A DNA stretch of 64,000 bases from Heptranchias perlo (taxonomy: Eukaryota). A program made the translations under genes and the position numbers. Positions 1 to 14,373 of the stretch are shown here, piece after piece. The stretch is taken from contig NC_090340.1 of the NCBI RefSeq assembly GCF_035084215.1, positions 14,818,001 to 14,882,000 of the forward strand. Direction: 5' to 3'. How positions within the stretch are numbered: the stretch's first letter is position 1; every line of letters begins with the position of its first letter. Under the pieces are notes generated by a model, which was not told the origin of the DNA, ran no database searches, and worked only from the letters and a program-made list of their open reading frames with translations.

Positions 1-1470
1 AACGTTAAGCTAATTGGTCTATAGTTCTCTGAACTAATTCTGTCTCCTTTCTAAATACAGGAATCAGATTAGCTGTTTGCCAGTTCTCTGGCACTACCTC
101 CTTTCCTAGTGAATTTTTATATATATGTAATGGTGCTTCTGTTATGTCTTCCCTAACTTATTTTAATATATACGGGTGCAATCCATCCCGACCACGGATT
201 TTGTCCTCTCTAAGTTTGATTAGTTTATCAATTAACTCCCCCTTTCTTTCTTAAATCTCTTTATATATTTTGTCCCTTCTTCGAATTTCATGTCCATCAT
301 ATCAGTATCACTTTTAAATTGCAAAACAATTATTTAATATTTCTGCAATTTTACTCTCATTACCTGTGAGTTTATCGTGTGCAAACATTACTGGGCCTTA
401 CCCTATCCTGATTTTACTTTATTATTTATGTGTCTGTAGGATACTTTACTATTTCTTTTTATATTCCTTGATAATTGCATTTTGTCGCTGCTCGTAGCCT
501 TCCTGATTGTTTTTATGACTTCTTTCCTGACATTTTCATCTTCAATTTTGTCATCCTCTCCTTTGTTGTCTACCTACTTAATGTATGCCTTTTTCTTTAG
601 TTTCAAATTTGCCCTTATCTTTTTATTCATGCATGTTGTATGGTTAGTTTGTTCTTGGTTTTTAGTGAGATATATTTCTCCTGAACTCAATTGATCACCA
701 TTTTAAATGTTTCCCACAGCTGTTCTAGTTCATTTTTTATCTGTAAATTTTCCAGTTTGTTTTCCCTCGTGCCATTCTGATCCCAGCAAAATCAGCTTTT
801 TTCAAATATATTACTTTGGTCTTTGTCTTACTTCTGTCCTTCTCAATCGTTAGCTGATAACTAATGATGTTGTGATCGCTATTGCCTAGATATTCCCTGA
901 CGCTTACTTCTCTTATCTGGTTCTGGTTCATTTCCCATTACGAAGGGTTCAGTGGCCTACTCCTGTCCCTGCGCTTGACTGAATGTATGAAACACAAGCT
1001 CTCTTTTTCGGCTTTTTACATACTGGGTAAGAATGGAGTCCTGCACACATTGTAAAATTCCATTCCTTGTACCCCTTTACCTAACCCCTTTTGCCAGTTT
1101 ATTTGCGGATAGTTTAAATCTCCCATGATTATTATTCTATGTCCTTTACTCATTTCATATATTTGCTTACATATTTCTTCTTCCACCTCCTTTCCAATAT
1201 TAAGTGGTCTGTACTATACCCTATTAGCATGACCGAGCGCTTCTTGTCTTTTGTTTCAATACATATGGATTCTGTTTCAATCCTTCTGTTAGTTATGTCC
1301 ATTTTTCCATTGCCATTATGTTATCTCTAATTAGTACAGCTGCTCCACCCCCTTCTTCCTTCCCTATCCTTTCTGATTATGTTATAACCTGCAATACTTA
1401 GTTTCCAGTCCTGCTCTTGATGTAGCCATATTTCAATTATTCCTAATGCAACTGGTTCTTCGCTACTGAT
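1..1470 (-). mobile_element. CR1 LINE ORF2 fragment (APE endonuclease to start of RT), family A; runs off the window start
   Basis: EYLGNSDHNII and GDxN endonuclease motifs. Homologous to 8090-11900 and 25870-28870. Confidence 0.85.
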
Positions 1471-1639
1471 GTAACTTTTTGTACAAGAAATTCCCATGAG
1501 ATAATATTATTGACTAAAATGAAAGCCTAGGCAACTTTTGCATAGGCAAAGAAAGTAAATGCAGCCGTTCCCTATACTGGACCAGCGCACATGAAATAGT
1601 AAAATCAGAAACATTTAAAACGTAGTTGTGTCACATTAA

Positions 1640-1870
1640 TGTTTTTTCACACAAAGACTAATGAATCTCTGGAACTCTCTCAAAAAGCTATGGATACTGG
1701 GTCAATTGAAATGTTATGATTTTAGATCGATAAATATTTGTTGGGTAAAGTCTTTCAAAGGATTTGGAGCAATAGCAGGTAAATGGTGGTAAGCTGCATC
1801 TCAGGCATAATCTCATTGAATGGCGGAACAGGGTCGAAGGACTGAATGGCCTACACCTGTTCTTATGCTT
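1640..1870 (+). mobile_element. CR1 3' end fragment
   Basis: Degenerate FFTQR..NLWNSL coding end plus the 3' UTR motif gaatggcctacacctgttcttatg. Confidence 0.7.
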
Positions 1871-2239
1871 GAGTGAATGTATAAAAGACATTTATTGTAT
1901 GCCATTTCCAAATAGTTCAGGAATGCACCTTGTGATGTGATACTATGTCATACATCAATAGTTTGCATTTATAAAGCGACTTTAAATTAGAAAGAGGCCG
2001 CAAGTCTCTTCACAGATATGTAATCAGACAAAAATCTATAGATCAGGAAGATCCCGGTTTGAATCTCTAGTCTGTGCTGAAGTACCTAATGTCACTCAGT
2101 CAATTGTAGAACGCTATAAATGGAGTTAGTTTCCTCTGTTCCAAGAAGAAGGAGAATCCGCTTGGACTTACATTCTTGGCCATTCTCCACTGACTTCCAA
2201 CTGTAGGTCTGAGGTGAGGATAAAATTTATAAAATTAAT

Positions 2240-3732
2240 TCCTTCCTCCAAATAAAAGATGTCACGATGGGAACCCGTATGAGTCCCAGCTATGCCTGCC
2301 TTTTGTGGGATACGTGGAACATTCTTTGTTCCAGTCCTACTCAGCTCCCCTCCCTCATCTCTTCTTCCGATACTTGGTATTTGTATCAGTGCCGTTTCCT
2401 GCTCTCGCCGCAAACTGGAAAATTTCAACAACTTTGCTTTCAATTTCCACCCTTCCCTCGCCTTCACATGGTGCATCTCTGAATCTTCCTTTCCCTTCCT
2501 CAACCTTTTTATCTCCATTTCTGGGGATAGGCTGTCAACCATTATAAGCCCTCCGACTCCTACAGCTACCTTGATTAAACGTCCTCCTGCCCCGCTTCCT
2601 GATCCTATTCCCTTCTCCCAGTTTCTCCGTCTCCGTCGCATCTGTTCTGATAACACTACCTTTTGCACCAGTGCTTCTGATATGTCTTCCTTTTTCCTCA
2701 ACCGAGGATTCCCCTCCACTGCAGTTGACAGGGCCCTGTCTGTCCTATTTCCTGCACTTCTGCCCTTTTCCTCACCTTCCAAACTACCAGCCTCCATCTT
2801 CAACCCTCTGTCATTTCCGCCACCTCCAGCATGATCCCACCATCAAACACATCTTCCCCTCCCCTCCCCTTTCAGCATTCCAAGGGGACCGCTTCCTCTG
2901 CGAAACCCTAGTTTACTCTTCCATCACTTCCAACACCCGCTCTCCTCCTCACGGCACCTTCCCGTGCAAGCACAGGAGATGCAACACCTGTCCTTCACCT
3001 CTTCCCTTCCCACAGTCCAGGGCCCCAAACATTCCTTCCAGGTGAATCAGCAATTTACTTGTACTTCTTTCAAATTAGTGTACTCTATCCGCTGCACACA
3101 ATGCGGTCTCCTCTAAATCGGGGAGACCAAATGCAGACTGGGTGATTGCTTTGCTGATCACCTCTGCTGTGTCCGCAAGGGTGACCCTGACCTGCCGGTC
3201 ACTTGCCATTTTCATTCCCCTTCCCACTCCTACTCTGTCATCCCTGTCCCCGGCCTCTTACACTGTTCCAATGAAATTCAACTTAAGCTCTGGAATAGCA
3301 TCTCATCTTTCGTTTAGGCACTTTACAACCTTTTGGACTCAACAGTGAATTCAATAACTTCAGACCAGAACCACTACTCCCATTTTCTCGGTCAGCTCGT
3401 GCTGGTAATGGTTCTGCTGCTGCCATTTAAATCTATTCCTGAGCAATCTCTTGACCTATCCCATTACCACCTTCCTTGTCTTGCACCATCATCCCTTTTG
3501 TCATTTAATCACTCGTGCCCTCTGTCCTCACACAGACCTTCCCTTTTGTTCTTTCCTCCCCTTCCCTCACCCCCCCACCTTTCCCTGAATCTGTACTTGC
3601 TCAAAAACTTTAACTCTTTTAACATCTTCCAATTCTGACAATAGGTCTTCGACCTGAACTGTTAACTTTGTTTCTTTCTCCACAGATGCTGCCTGCCTTG
3701 CTGAGCTTCTCCAGCATTTTCTGTTTTTATTA
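2240..3732 (+). mobile_element. Penelope-like retroelement remnant (RT + GIY-YIG endonuclease)
   Basis: MGTRMSPSYACL (RT), PFSQFLRLRRICS, GTFPCKHRRCNTCP and VYSIRCTQCGLL*IGETKCRL (GIY-YIG). Confidence 0.85.
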
Positions 3733-3989
3733 TAAAATCGGTAGAGCCTCCCGAACGCACACACACACGTACACTTATCTCATGCCCATATCTGCATGGA
3801 TCACGAGCCAGATGAGATGCATGGTTCAGTCTCACACATGAAGAATAACCACTTAGGTGAGATGCCAGGGTCGCAGAAATCGTGGCATATTCCCCATCAG
3901 AAATCACCGCTTTGAGGAGTTGGAAGAATTGGGTAGGGGAATGGGTCGACTTAGCTGCTTTTCAGATGTTACTTACAGTTATTGTATTT

Positions 3990-4365
3990 AGGTTACATAG
4001 GAACATACGAATTAAGAGCAGGAATAGGCCATTCGGCCCCTCGAGCCTGCTCTGCCATTTGATAAGATCATGGATGATCTGATTGTGACCTCAACCCTAC
4101 ATTCCGGTCTACCTCCTATAACCTTTGACTCCCTTGTTAATCAGGCATCTATCTAACTCAGCCTTAAAAATATTCAATGACCCTCCCTCCACAGCTCTAT
4201 GGGGAAGGGAGTTCCACAGGCTCAGGTTCCTCAGAGAGAGAAAAAAAAACTTCTCCTCATCTCCCTCTTAAATGGGAAACCCCTTACTTTTAAACTAGGT
4301 CTAGTCTCTCCCACAAGGGGAAACACCCTCTCAGCAGCTACCCTTTCAAGTCCCCTCAGGGGACT
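3990..4365 (-). mobile_element. CR1 3' end fragment
   Basis: Tail cataggaacatacgaattaagagcagga, homologous to the CR1 3' ends at 21890, 33060 and 38717. Confidence 0.8.
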
Positions 4366-4709
4366 ATATTACACTACACTTTAAGATGAATATTTATTGC
4401 AAGCTAATTCAATGGCTGTATTTACCACTGCGCCAAACAGCGTGTACCTGTTTGCGATTTGATGAACACCACTCCCTGGTTGCTTCCTGTTTAAATTAGC
4501 ACCAAATCTCTCACTGATTAGTTTGGGTCTCATATTCCCTACCTTCATGTGGCATTTAAAATTAACTGAAATATTTAATATTCTGACTTAATTAATATTG
4601 AAAACTTCTCAACTTGAAATCGAGTAGTTCACAAATTCTACATATGCAGACAACTGAATCGATTTTCCATCGTCACTGGGTGCCCGTCGACATTCCGTTC
4701 TGTAAAGCA

Positions 4710-5100
4710 AAAGAAAGAATTTGCTTTTTTATGGCGCCTTATCATTTCCTCAGGACATCCCAAAGCGCGTCACAAAAATTAGTTACATTTTTCAGTGCAA
4801 TCATTGTTGTTACCTTGGCAAACGGACAGACAATTTGTGCACAAGGGCCCACAAACTACAAATTAGATGAATGATCACTTTGATCGGTTAACTCATTTTA
4901 AGGCCTAATTGTTGCAGGTAGAATGATGGCCAGGTCACCGGGAGAACTCGTTTCTTATTCCAAATAGCACAGTGCGATATTTTACATGCAGACGAATCGC
5001 CAGACCACGGCGACAGAGTTTAAGTTTAATGCATCTTCCGAAAGTGCAGGATGGGACAATGCTGCACTCCTTCAGCACTGACATGCTGGCTGTGGATAGA
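4710..5100 (-). mobile_element. DeuSINE (SacSINE1-like) copy, degenerate
   Basis: Homologous to 15075-15520. Confidence 0.6.
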
Positions 5101-5394
5101 GACAGAAATAAAACCAGTATGGTTTGATAATGTAATTCAACTACTGAAGAATTCTTATTCATGAAGAAATGGGCGACAGCAGATACACTACTGAGTATGG
5201 AAGGCTAGATCTTGAGAATTGCGCCACTTATGACATATAAATAGACATATGATATATAACATGTGTAACAAATCATTTACTTTATAAAACATTTAAAAAT
5301 AAGCTAGTTTACATATACACAAGTAAGTTGTCGCCATGTGATGTAAATGGGAAATAATTAAAATTGAATTATCTTATAATAAACAGTAAGGTTT

Positions 5395-6750
5395 TATTTC
5401 ATTCTTGGGATGTCGGCGGTGCTGGCAAGGCCGGCATTTACTGCCCATCCCTAGATGCCCTTGAGAAGGTGATGGTGGGCATTCCTCTTGTACCGCTGCA
5501 GTCTGCAGAAAAAGGTACTCCCACAGTGCTGTTGGGTAGGGAGTTCCCTGCGACGATGAAGGAAACGCACTTCTGTCCAAATAGGGATTTGTGTGTCTTG
5601 GAAGAAAACTTGGAGGTGATGGTGTTCCCATGCACCTGTTGCCCTTCTTCTTCTAGATGCAGGATGTTGCGGGTTTTGGAGGTGCTGCCGAAGAAGCCTT
5701 GGTGACTTGCTGCAGTGCATCCTGTAGATAATAGACACTGCAGCCACAGTACGCCAGTGGTGGGGGGAGTGCATGTTTAAGTGGTGGATAAGGTGCTGAT
5801 CAAGTGGACTGCTTTGTCTTGGAGAGTGTCGAGCTTCTTCACTATAGTTCCAGTGACACCCATCAGGCAAGTGGACCGTATTCCATCGCATTCCTGACTT
5901 ATGCCTTGTAGGTGGTGGAGATTCTTTGGGGAGTCAGGATGTGAGCCATTAAACGCAGAATACCGATCCTCTGAACTGTTCTATCAGCCGTGGCATTTAT
6001 GTGGCTGCTCCAATTGAGTTTTTGGTCAATGGTGACTCTCAGTATGTCGATGGTGAGGGATTCGGTGATGGTACTGCAATGGGATGTCATGAGAAGTTGG
6101 TTAGGCTCTCTCTTGTTGGAGATGGGTGATTTCCCGGCACATATGTAGGGCAAATGTTACTTGACACTTATCAGCCCAAGTCTGGATGTTGTTAAGGTCT
6201 TGCTGCATGCGAGCATGGACTGCTTCATTTTCTGAGGAATTGTGAATGGAGCAGAACACTGTGCAATCATCAGTGAACAGCACCTTTTCTGACCTTATGA
6301 TAGAGAACAGGTCATTGATGAAGCAGCTGAAAATAGTTGGGCCTAGGACACTGCCCTGAGTAACTCCTGCAGCGATATCCTGGGCTACAATAACCATAAG
6401 CACCTTCCCTTGTGCCAGATATGATTCCAGCCACTGGAGAGCTTTCTCACTGATTCACATTGACTTCAGCTTTACTAAGGGCAATCTCTCTCACCTTACC
6501 TTTGGAATTGAGTGCTTATGTCCATGTTTGGACTAAGGAGATAATTACTCTGGAGCCGAGTGGTCCTGCACAACACAAACTGAATATCAGTGAGGAGGTG
6601 ATTGCTAAGTAAATACCACTTAAAGCAGTGTTGACGACTCCTTCCATCAATTTGCTGAAGATTAAGAGCAGGTTGATAGAGCAGTAATTGGCCCATTTGG
6701 AATAGCCCTGCTTTTTGTGGACAGGACATACCTGGGCAATTTTTATATTT
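5395..6750 (-). mobile_element. CR1-group LINE RT/3' fragment, family C
   Basis: GVTQGSVLGPTIFSCFINDL and LFTDDCTV RT motifs. Homologous to 20693-21885. Confidence 0.85.
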
Positions 6751-7574
6751 TCCAAATCAGCCATCTCTGAGCGCAATTCACAATTGTGCCAAATTAGTTT
6801 CCTGCTGCAGGTCTTTTTTTAAAAATTCGTTCATGGGATGTGGGCGTCGCTAGCATGGCCAGTATTTATTCTCCATCCTAATTGTCCTTGAGAAGATGGT
6901 GATGTGCCACCTTCTTGAACCGAAGTTCAATGGAATCTGGGTTGAGATTTCAATCATTTTTCGTAGTGAGGGGAGAAGAGAGTTTACTAGATTCAGTCTG
7001 CGTTGGGGATTGCAAGTTGACAGGAAAGTTTGCGAACACATTGATGTCAATGGAAAATAAAATTGGGCGGAGACCGAAACGGACGGCCGAGGGCAGTCTC
7101 AGCCATTGTCGCCCGTTGTGCCTATGTCCGCAGACCAATTTGGTTTCGTGTTGTACCGTTGCTATTTCTGAGAAGATATTAAAAGAAAAACTGTGAATGC
7201 TAGACATCTGAAAGGAAAAAAATTGTGCTGGAAGTAATCAGGCAGTTTTCAGCATCTAAAAACAAAGAAAAAATAATTTGCGTTGGGAGCCTTCGTCAGA
7301 TGGTTTACGAAGTCAGTACTTCGGGTCTGAACACGGCAGAAAATGGCCAAATGGCTGTGCGTTCAGCAGGGTTTTCCACTTAAAATAGTAAAAAGTGAAA
7401 GCCTGGTTATCATTGTTACGATCATTCTTACCTCATTGTTATGGAAGACTTTACATGTTTTCAAAAACTGGCATTTAATCAGCCATTAAATTGATAATCA
7501 TTTTCTTCCTCGGGGAACTGAATTAAATTATTAAAGATCGTTTATTGATTCACGATAATTAACTCAAAAAAAGG

Positions 7575-8090
7575 GTCACCAGTAATATTGTACCTAACAA
7601 TATACATTAAAATACAATATACCTGCATTAGCCAAATTTGCAGATGATACCAATGTTTTGTGGAGCGTGCAAGAGAAGTAGCATTAAGTAAATTCGACAA
7701 AATATGAATGCCAGCAGAAAAATCGTAGATGAAATATAATGCTAACAACTGCGCATAATAAGGCACTTAGTTAATGGATGGTGTTGAAATAGCTAAGGAT
7801 GAGACAAACGAAGACCTCCGAATATGGCAACACGAACGCTGAACATGCCCGAACAATACAGAGCACCAAATAACGAACCAACAGAATGTCGAACTATATA
7901 GCCAAAACAGATGATTATAAGTCAGAGGAGGGCATGACCAAACTGCATTGCGCTCTGAACAGACCACGCATTGGGCATTGGTTCTAATTCTGGTCACAGA
8001 ATTAAGGGAGGCATTCAATCACTGGAGACAGTGCAGAGAAGAACCTCCAACCTAATTCACAGTGTAAAGGATCTACGTTTACAGAGAATA
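7575..8090 (+). mobile_element. Old CR1 RT fragment, continued at 11903-12082 and ~12690-12780
   Basis: KFADDT motif near 7633. Interrupted by two younger CR1 insertions. Confidence 0.6.
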
Positions 8091-11000
8091 ACTTAGAATG
8101 TAAAGCACAGAAACTGGCTATTCGGCTCAACAGGTCCATGCCGGTGTTTATGCTCAACACGAGCTTCCTCCCACACTTCTTCATCTAACTCCATCAATAT
8201 AGCCTTCTATTCCTTTCTCTTTCGTGTGTTTATCCAGCATCCCCTTACATGCATCCATGCTAGTCGCCTCAACAATTCCTTGTGGTGGTGAGTTCCACAT
8301 TCTAACCACTCTCTGGGTAAAGAAATTTCTCCTGAACTTCCTTTGGAGTTTTTAGTGACTATCTTATACTAATGGCCACTAAATCCGAATAGTCCTGCAA
8401 GTGGAAGCATCGTTTTAATGTCTATCATATCAAATCATTTCATAATCTTAAATACATCTATCAGATCAACCCTCAGTCTTCTCTTTTCTAGAGAAAAGAG
8501 CCCTAGCCTGTTCAATCTTTTCTGATAGGTATAACCTCTCAGTTCTGGTATCATCCTAGTAAATCTTTTTTTGCACCTTCTCCAGTCCCTTTATATCCTT
8601 TTTTATAATATGGAGTCCAGAACTATTCACAATCCTCCAAGTGTGGTCTAATCAAGGTACAATACAAGTTTAACATAACTTCCATGCTTTTCAATTCTAT
8701 CCCTCTAGAAGCGAAATCTGGCAGTTTGTTCACTTTTTATGGACTTGATAACTTGCATCGCTACTTTTAGTGATTTGTGTATCTGTACCCCCAGATCCCG
8801 CTGCTCCTGTGCCCCATTTAGATTTATTTTCCAAGGAACATGTGGCCTTCTTATTCTTCCTACTAAAATGTAAAATCTCACACTTACCTATATTGACATT
8901 CATTTGGCAATTACACACCGATTCTGCAAGTTTATTAATATCTTCATGCACTTTGTCACAGTCCTCCTCAATATTAACAATACCCCCCCAATTTGGTGTC
9001 ATGTGCAAATTTTGAAATCCTACTGCCAAGTGTCCAAGTCATTTATCTAAATAATGAACAGTGATCCCAGCACTGATCCTTATGGAGCACCAATTCCCAC
9101 CTTTTGCCAGTCTGAATAAATAACTTTAAACCCGACACTCTGTTTTCTGTTTTGTAGCCAGCTTGCTGTCCATTCGGCTACTTGTCCCTGACTCTACATA
9201 CTCTGAACTTAGTCATCAGTCTACAATGCGGTACCTTATCAAAGGTCTTTTAAAAATCCAAATATATTATATCTACTACATTACCCTGGATAACCCTTTC
9301 TGTTACTTCTGCAAAGAATTCAATAATATCGACTAAGCATGACCTTCCCTTTTGAAATCCGTGCTGACTATTCTTTATTATATTTTCAGTTTTTGGATTT
9401 TTTCTATTACATCTTTGAGTAAGGATTCCATTATCTTTCCTACCACTGACGTTTCGCTAATTGGCCTATAGCTCCCTGGACTTGTTCTATCTCCCTTTTT
9501 AAATATCGGAATCATGTTAGCTCTCCACCAGTCTTCTGGTACTATTCCCTTTTCTAATGATTTTTTATATATATGTAATAGTGCCTCTGCTATCTCTTCC
9601 TTAACTTCGTTTAATATGCACGGATGCATATCCGGGTTTAACCAGGGGATAAACCAAGGTTTAACCTCTCTAAGCTTGATTAGTTTATCAATTATCTCTC
9701 CCTTTCTATCTTAAATGTCTTTACATCTGTTTTGATCTCTTCTTCTAATGTCGTGCCCATCATGCTAGTCTCCCTGGTAAATACTGAGGCAAAGTAATTA
9801 TTTAATATTTGTGCTATTTTGCTGTCAATACGTGAGTGGTCCCATCCTTATCCTGATTTTCTTTCGTTCTTTATGTGTCGGTAGAATACTTTACTGTTTC
9901 TTTTTATGTTCCTTGTTAATTTGATTTCCTAGTTTCTCTTTGCCTTCCGAATTGTTTTTTTAACTTCTTACATAACCTTTTCTTATCCCCTTTTGTCATC
10001 CTCTCCTTTGTTGTCTATGTACTTAGTGTATGCCTTTTCCTTTAGTTTCAATTTTACACTTATTTATTTATTAATCCATGATGTGTCATTATTGGCTAGT
10101 TTTTCTGGCTTTTTAGTTGGATATGTTTCTCCTGGACTCGATTGGTCGGCATTGTTAATGTTTCTCACCGCTGTTCTATATCTTCATTTGTCAGCAAAAT
10201 TTTCGAGTTTATTTTCCCTAGTTCCATTCTCACCCCTTTAAAATTAGCTTTCTTCCAATTCATTACTTTGCTCTTTGCCTTTCATATCTTTATCTTTAAA
10301 CTTATTATGTTGTGATCACTATTACCTAGATGTTCCCTTATGCTTACTTCTCTTATCTGTTCTGGTTCACTTCCCATTATTAGATCCAACAGTGCTTTGT
10401 CTCTTGTTGTAAGAACGGAGTCATGCACATATTGTAAAATCTACATTTCCTGTACCCCTTTACCGACCTCTTCTTGCCAATTTATTTGGAGGTAGTTAAA
10501 ATCTCTCATGATTATTATTCTATGTCACTTACTCATTTCACATATTTGCTTACATGTTTCTTACTCCACCTCCTTTCCACTATTTGGTGGTCTGTAGTAT
10601 ACCCATATTAGCACGATCGATCCCTGCTCATCCTCTATTTCAATCCATATGGATTTTGTTTTTATCCTTCTCTTATTTATGTCCCTTTTCTTTAACTGCC
10701 ATTATGTTACATCTAATCAGTACAGCTACTCCATCCACCTTTGTCTCTTCCCTTTCCTTTCTGATGTTATAACCTGTAATATTTAGTTGCTAGTCCTGTT
10801 CTTTGTGTAACCATGTTTTAGTTATTCTTACTACACCTGGTTCCTCACTATGGATTATTGCCTCCAATTCCCCAGTTTATTTTGGACGCTGTGTACATTG
10901 TTGTATTTTACTTTACTTTTAACAGTCCTTTTATACTTGAGTTTTAGAACTATATTTATTTCTTGACCGTTTGTGTTATCTTTATTCCTTACCCTGGTCT

Positions 11001-11900
11001 GACCTTTACACTCATCTCATGTTTCTTTTATCGTTAGGCTTTCGTTATTGCTGCCAGATCCCTCCCCTCTCCTTGCTAATTTAAAGCCTTAACAACCGCC
11101 CCATTTATCCTTACCACTGGCCCTCTGATCACACTCCAGATCAGCGGTACAGCTCCTTCCTGTCCCACGAGTGGTGCCAGTGCACCATGAAATGGAACTC
11201 CCCTTCCCACACCGCTCTTTCAGCCACACGTTTACCTTTCTGATCTGCCTATCCATATGCCAATTAGTACTTGGCTCAGGTAGCAATCCTGTGATTACTA
11301 CCAAGGACGTCCTGCTTTTTAATTTAGTTCCAAGCTTCTGATATTCTCTTGGCAGGACCTCATCCTTGCTCTTACCATTTCATTGGTGACGACATGGACC
11401 ACGATGACTGATCCTCCCTCTCCCTTTCCAGGCTCCTTCCAGTTGCTTGGAGATGTGCTTTACCTTTGCACCAGTTAGGCAACACACCCTCCTGGACTCT
11501 CGTTCGTGACTGCAGAGCAAGTCATCTTTCCCCCGCTTTATGGACTCCCCTTTGAAATCAACCTTTCTGTTCTGCTCTACCCCCAACCCCCCACAACCCG
11601 CGCCTTCCCCATCTTTTTGGACTGCCTCATGTTCTACAGTGCCATGGTTAGCATTCTGGGCATCCTCCCTGCAGCCTTTATCCTGATCCTCACAGGTATC
11701 ATGTACCTCGTTGGATAGGACTCGTATCTCTGACACCTCCTTCTCTTCCTCTCCTAGGTTCCCTCTGCCCTGCTGACTAACAGTCATACACTCCCCTTCC
11801 TGCACCTACGCTTTCCTCTGAGGTGTGACTAATCTGGAGAAAATTATTTAGATATTCGTCCCCCTCCTCTACGTGTCAGAGTGTGTCTAATTCGCAGTCC
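8090..11900 (-). mobile_element. Near-full-length CR1 LINE, family A (esterase-type ORF1 + EN/RT ORF2), decayed
   Basis: ORF1 RRVCCLTGAKVKHI and VVITGLLP. ORF2 PEDWWRANMIPIFKKG and YRPIS. Confidence 0.9.
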
Positions 11901-12082
11901 ATCCAGAGTTAGGTGTAAAGATTGGAGAAACTTGGGATATTCAGCGTGGGAAAGGGGCCTGAAGGATGATCTTGCAGAGATGTGTAAGATAGTTAAAGAA
12001 TATGAGAACGGTAGATCGGGAAAATTGCTTTAAATTAAATCGCAGAGTTGATCAAAGGGCCACAGGTAAACTTAAGACTGAT

Positions 12083-12690
12083 ATCATAGTATCATAGTAG
12101 ATACAGCACATGTGGAGGCCATTTGGCCCATCGTGCCTGTACGCTGCTCTTTGAAAGAGCTATCCAATTAGTCCTATTTCCCTGCTCTTTACCCATAGCC
12201 CTGAAAATGTTTTCCCTTCAAGTATTTATCCAGTTCCATTTTGGAAGTTACTATTGAATCTGCTTCCACCACCCTTTCAAGTTGTGAATTCCAAATCATT
12301 AAACTCGCTTCATAAAAAAAATGTTTCCTCATGTCGCCTCTGGCTCTTTTGCCGATCACCTTGAACCCGTGTCCTCTGGTTACCCACCCTTCTTCCACTG
12401 AAAACAATTCCTGCTTATTTACTCTGTCAAAACCGTTCATGGTTTTGAACACCTCGATCAAATCTCCCCTTAACCTTCTCTGTTCTTAAGAGAACAACCC
12501 CAGCTTCTCCAGTCCCTCCATATAACTGAAGTCCCTCGTCCCTGGCACTAGTCTAGTAAATCTCTTCTGCATCCTCTCCCAGGCCTTGACATCCTTCCTA
12601 AAGTGTGGTGCCCAGAATTGAACACAGTACTCCAGCTGAGGCATAATCATAGTATCATAGTAGATGTTTTATAGAAGTTTAGCATAACAG
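12083..12690 (-). mobile_element. CR1 3' fragment
   Basis: IEVFKTMNGFDRV..TRGHGFK and a (ctatgata)-type tail. Confidence 0.85.
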
Positions 12691-13448
12691 ATGAGGATAC
12701 CGTGAAAGAAGAGTGTTCAATTCTTGCAATGAACATCCGATAGCGCAGAGGAGATGAAATCTCCTTTAAATCACCAATTTCGTATGCCGTAATGGGGTAA
12801 TGGGGTGCCGTAATGGGGTGAATATCGGGTCTTTCAGGGATGGAAAGGCCTCTCTCGTCCGTAGTTATCTTGTGAACATCTGTTATGAAGAGAGAATCGC
12901 CAGGAACCTATCTTGCATGGTCAAACGCATTGCGAGTGTATCACAGAAACAAGATGTTAATGGGCCTCCAACATATCCTATATTTATAATTCTATGAACG
13001 GAACTTACTCTTTAAGTCATTGCTATCGACAGTTTAGAAGTATAAGACATATGAAAGGTTCACACACTCAAAACAACTTGACACGTATTCCAAAGTATCG
13101 TCAGCTGGTAACATGCATCATTCAAGAAACGTATCATCCCGCAGAAAGTATTAACATGAAGATTCAGCTGCAACCCTCGCCCTCTTCTTTTTACTTATAC
13201 GTTTGTTTGAACTCATATTAAAACTCATCTTATATACAGCATCCAACTGTCAGTTATCTTTGTGTAATCTAATGTTACAGGAAGCGTGTGCAGCGAAATA
13301 CAACGGAATGTTTATGCTAACGAGTGCTCCATGAACCCGTGATCCGTCTGGATTGTGGCTCCATCATCTCGTTCCCTGCGTCCGGACGTTTCCATTTTTC
13401 TTTCCCAGCTGTGTTTGGACATACGTTATTCTTTCCCAAAAGCTAAGG

Positions 13449-13504
13449 CTATGCTTTCGTGGAATTATGAGCAGCAGAAATAGAGATTGTCAACCGTCCT
13501 TTAC
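13449..13504 (-). CDS. Gene A candidate terminal cytoplasmic exon 3 (GKGRLTISISAAHNSTKA*)
   Basis: ttttatttttaattgtcag| acceptor, phase-compatible, followed by non-repeat sequence that could be 3' UTR. Confidence 0.35.
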
Positions 13505-13594
13505 CTGACAATTAAAAATAAAATTCAGAACTGTGTTTTTAAATAATTTAACTACTTTTCATCCACATGCGATGCCCGTCTGTGCATGTCAGCA

Positions 13595-13860
13595 TCACTA
13601 TCATTAGACTCATACGCACACTCACCACCGTACCAATATCATTAAACTCAGAGATACATTCACCACTGCACAAATAACATTAAACTCACAGACACATTCA
13701 CCACAGCATCAATATCATTAGACTCACAGGCACACCACATCACCAATATTATTAGATTCATAGACACTCTCACCAAAGCATCTATTTTATTAGACTCACA
13801 GACACTTATCACTGTATCAAATCATTGGATTAAGAGCCACACTCCCACTGCATCAATAGC
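13595..13860. repeat. Degenerate minisatellite, ~31-32 bp unit, about 8 copies
   Basis: Recurrent cactcaccacagcaccaatatcattagactcacaga-like unit. Confidence 0.8.
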
Positions 13861-14079
13861 AAACTATTATTACATTCGAAGAATGTTCTTCAATTATATC
13901 CTCTCATTGTAATCGACAATAATTATAAAAGTATTCTTACACTAAATCAGTGTTGGACTAAGACAAACTTTCCCCAGTGCTAAATAAATATGCCAACATC
14001 TCAGGATGTCAAAAATAGTAGGATGCAAAACTTATATTTCGGTTCTCACGTTCATTCGTCGGTACTCCATTACTCATGA

Positions 14080-14138
14080 TTATTGTGTATGTGTTATTGT
14101 GTTCTTTATCTTTTTTATATTAAGAGGCAACCGATGAC
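14080..14138 (-). CDS. Gene A candidate terminal cytoplasmic exon 2 (GHRLPLNIKKIKNTITHTQ*)
   Basis: cttatgacttag| acceptor, phase-compatible with the TM exon. Weak pyrimidine tract. Confidence 0.25.
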
Positions 14139-14373
14139 CTAAGTCATAAGCGATATCGCACTGGTGGGTTTGCAATGCGCCCAGTGTGGAGTGACATTGA
14201 AACAAAGATACCGCTCTTAGATATACGAATATCTGAGTGAAACTCCTCAGTCTGCACTCTCTTCAAACCTAATGCCCCATTGCACATTTTCTCACTGAAT
14301 TAAGATACAACTTAAGGAACCCATACACATTAGAAGACGCCAGCTCAGATTGCTAGTCTCTGTTGTGTTATAT

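Noticed and set aside
2030-2150. tRNA gene
   Set aside because: Only a degenerate B-box-like SINE head with no cloverleaf.
482-10772. Hydrophobic plus-strand ORFs (482, 1139, 9993, 10554) that look like membrane proteins
   Set aside because: They are antisense readings of Lys/Glu-rich CR1 ORF2.
13595-13860. CRISPR-like periodic repeat
   Set aside because: Contiguous degenerate units with no unique spacers, in a vertebrate context; it is a minisatellite.
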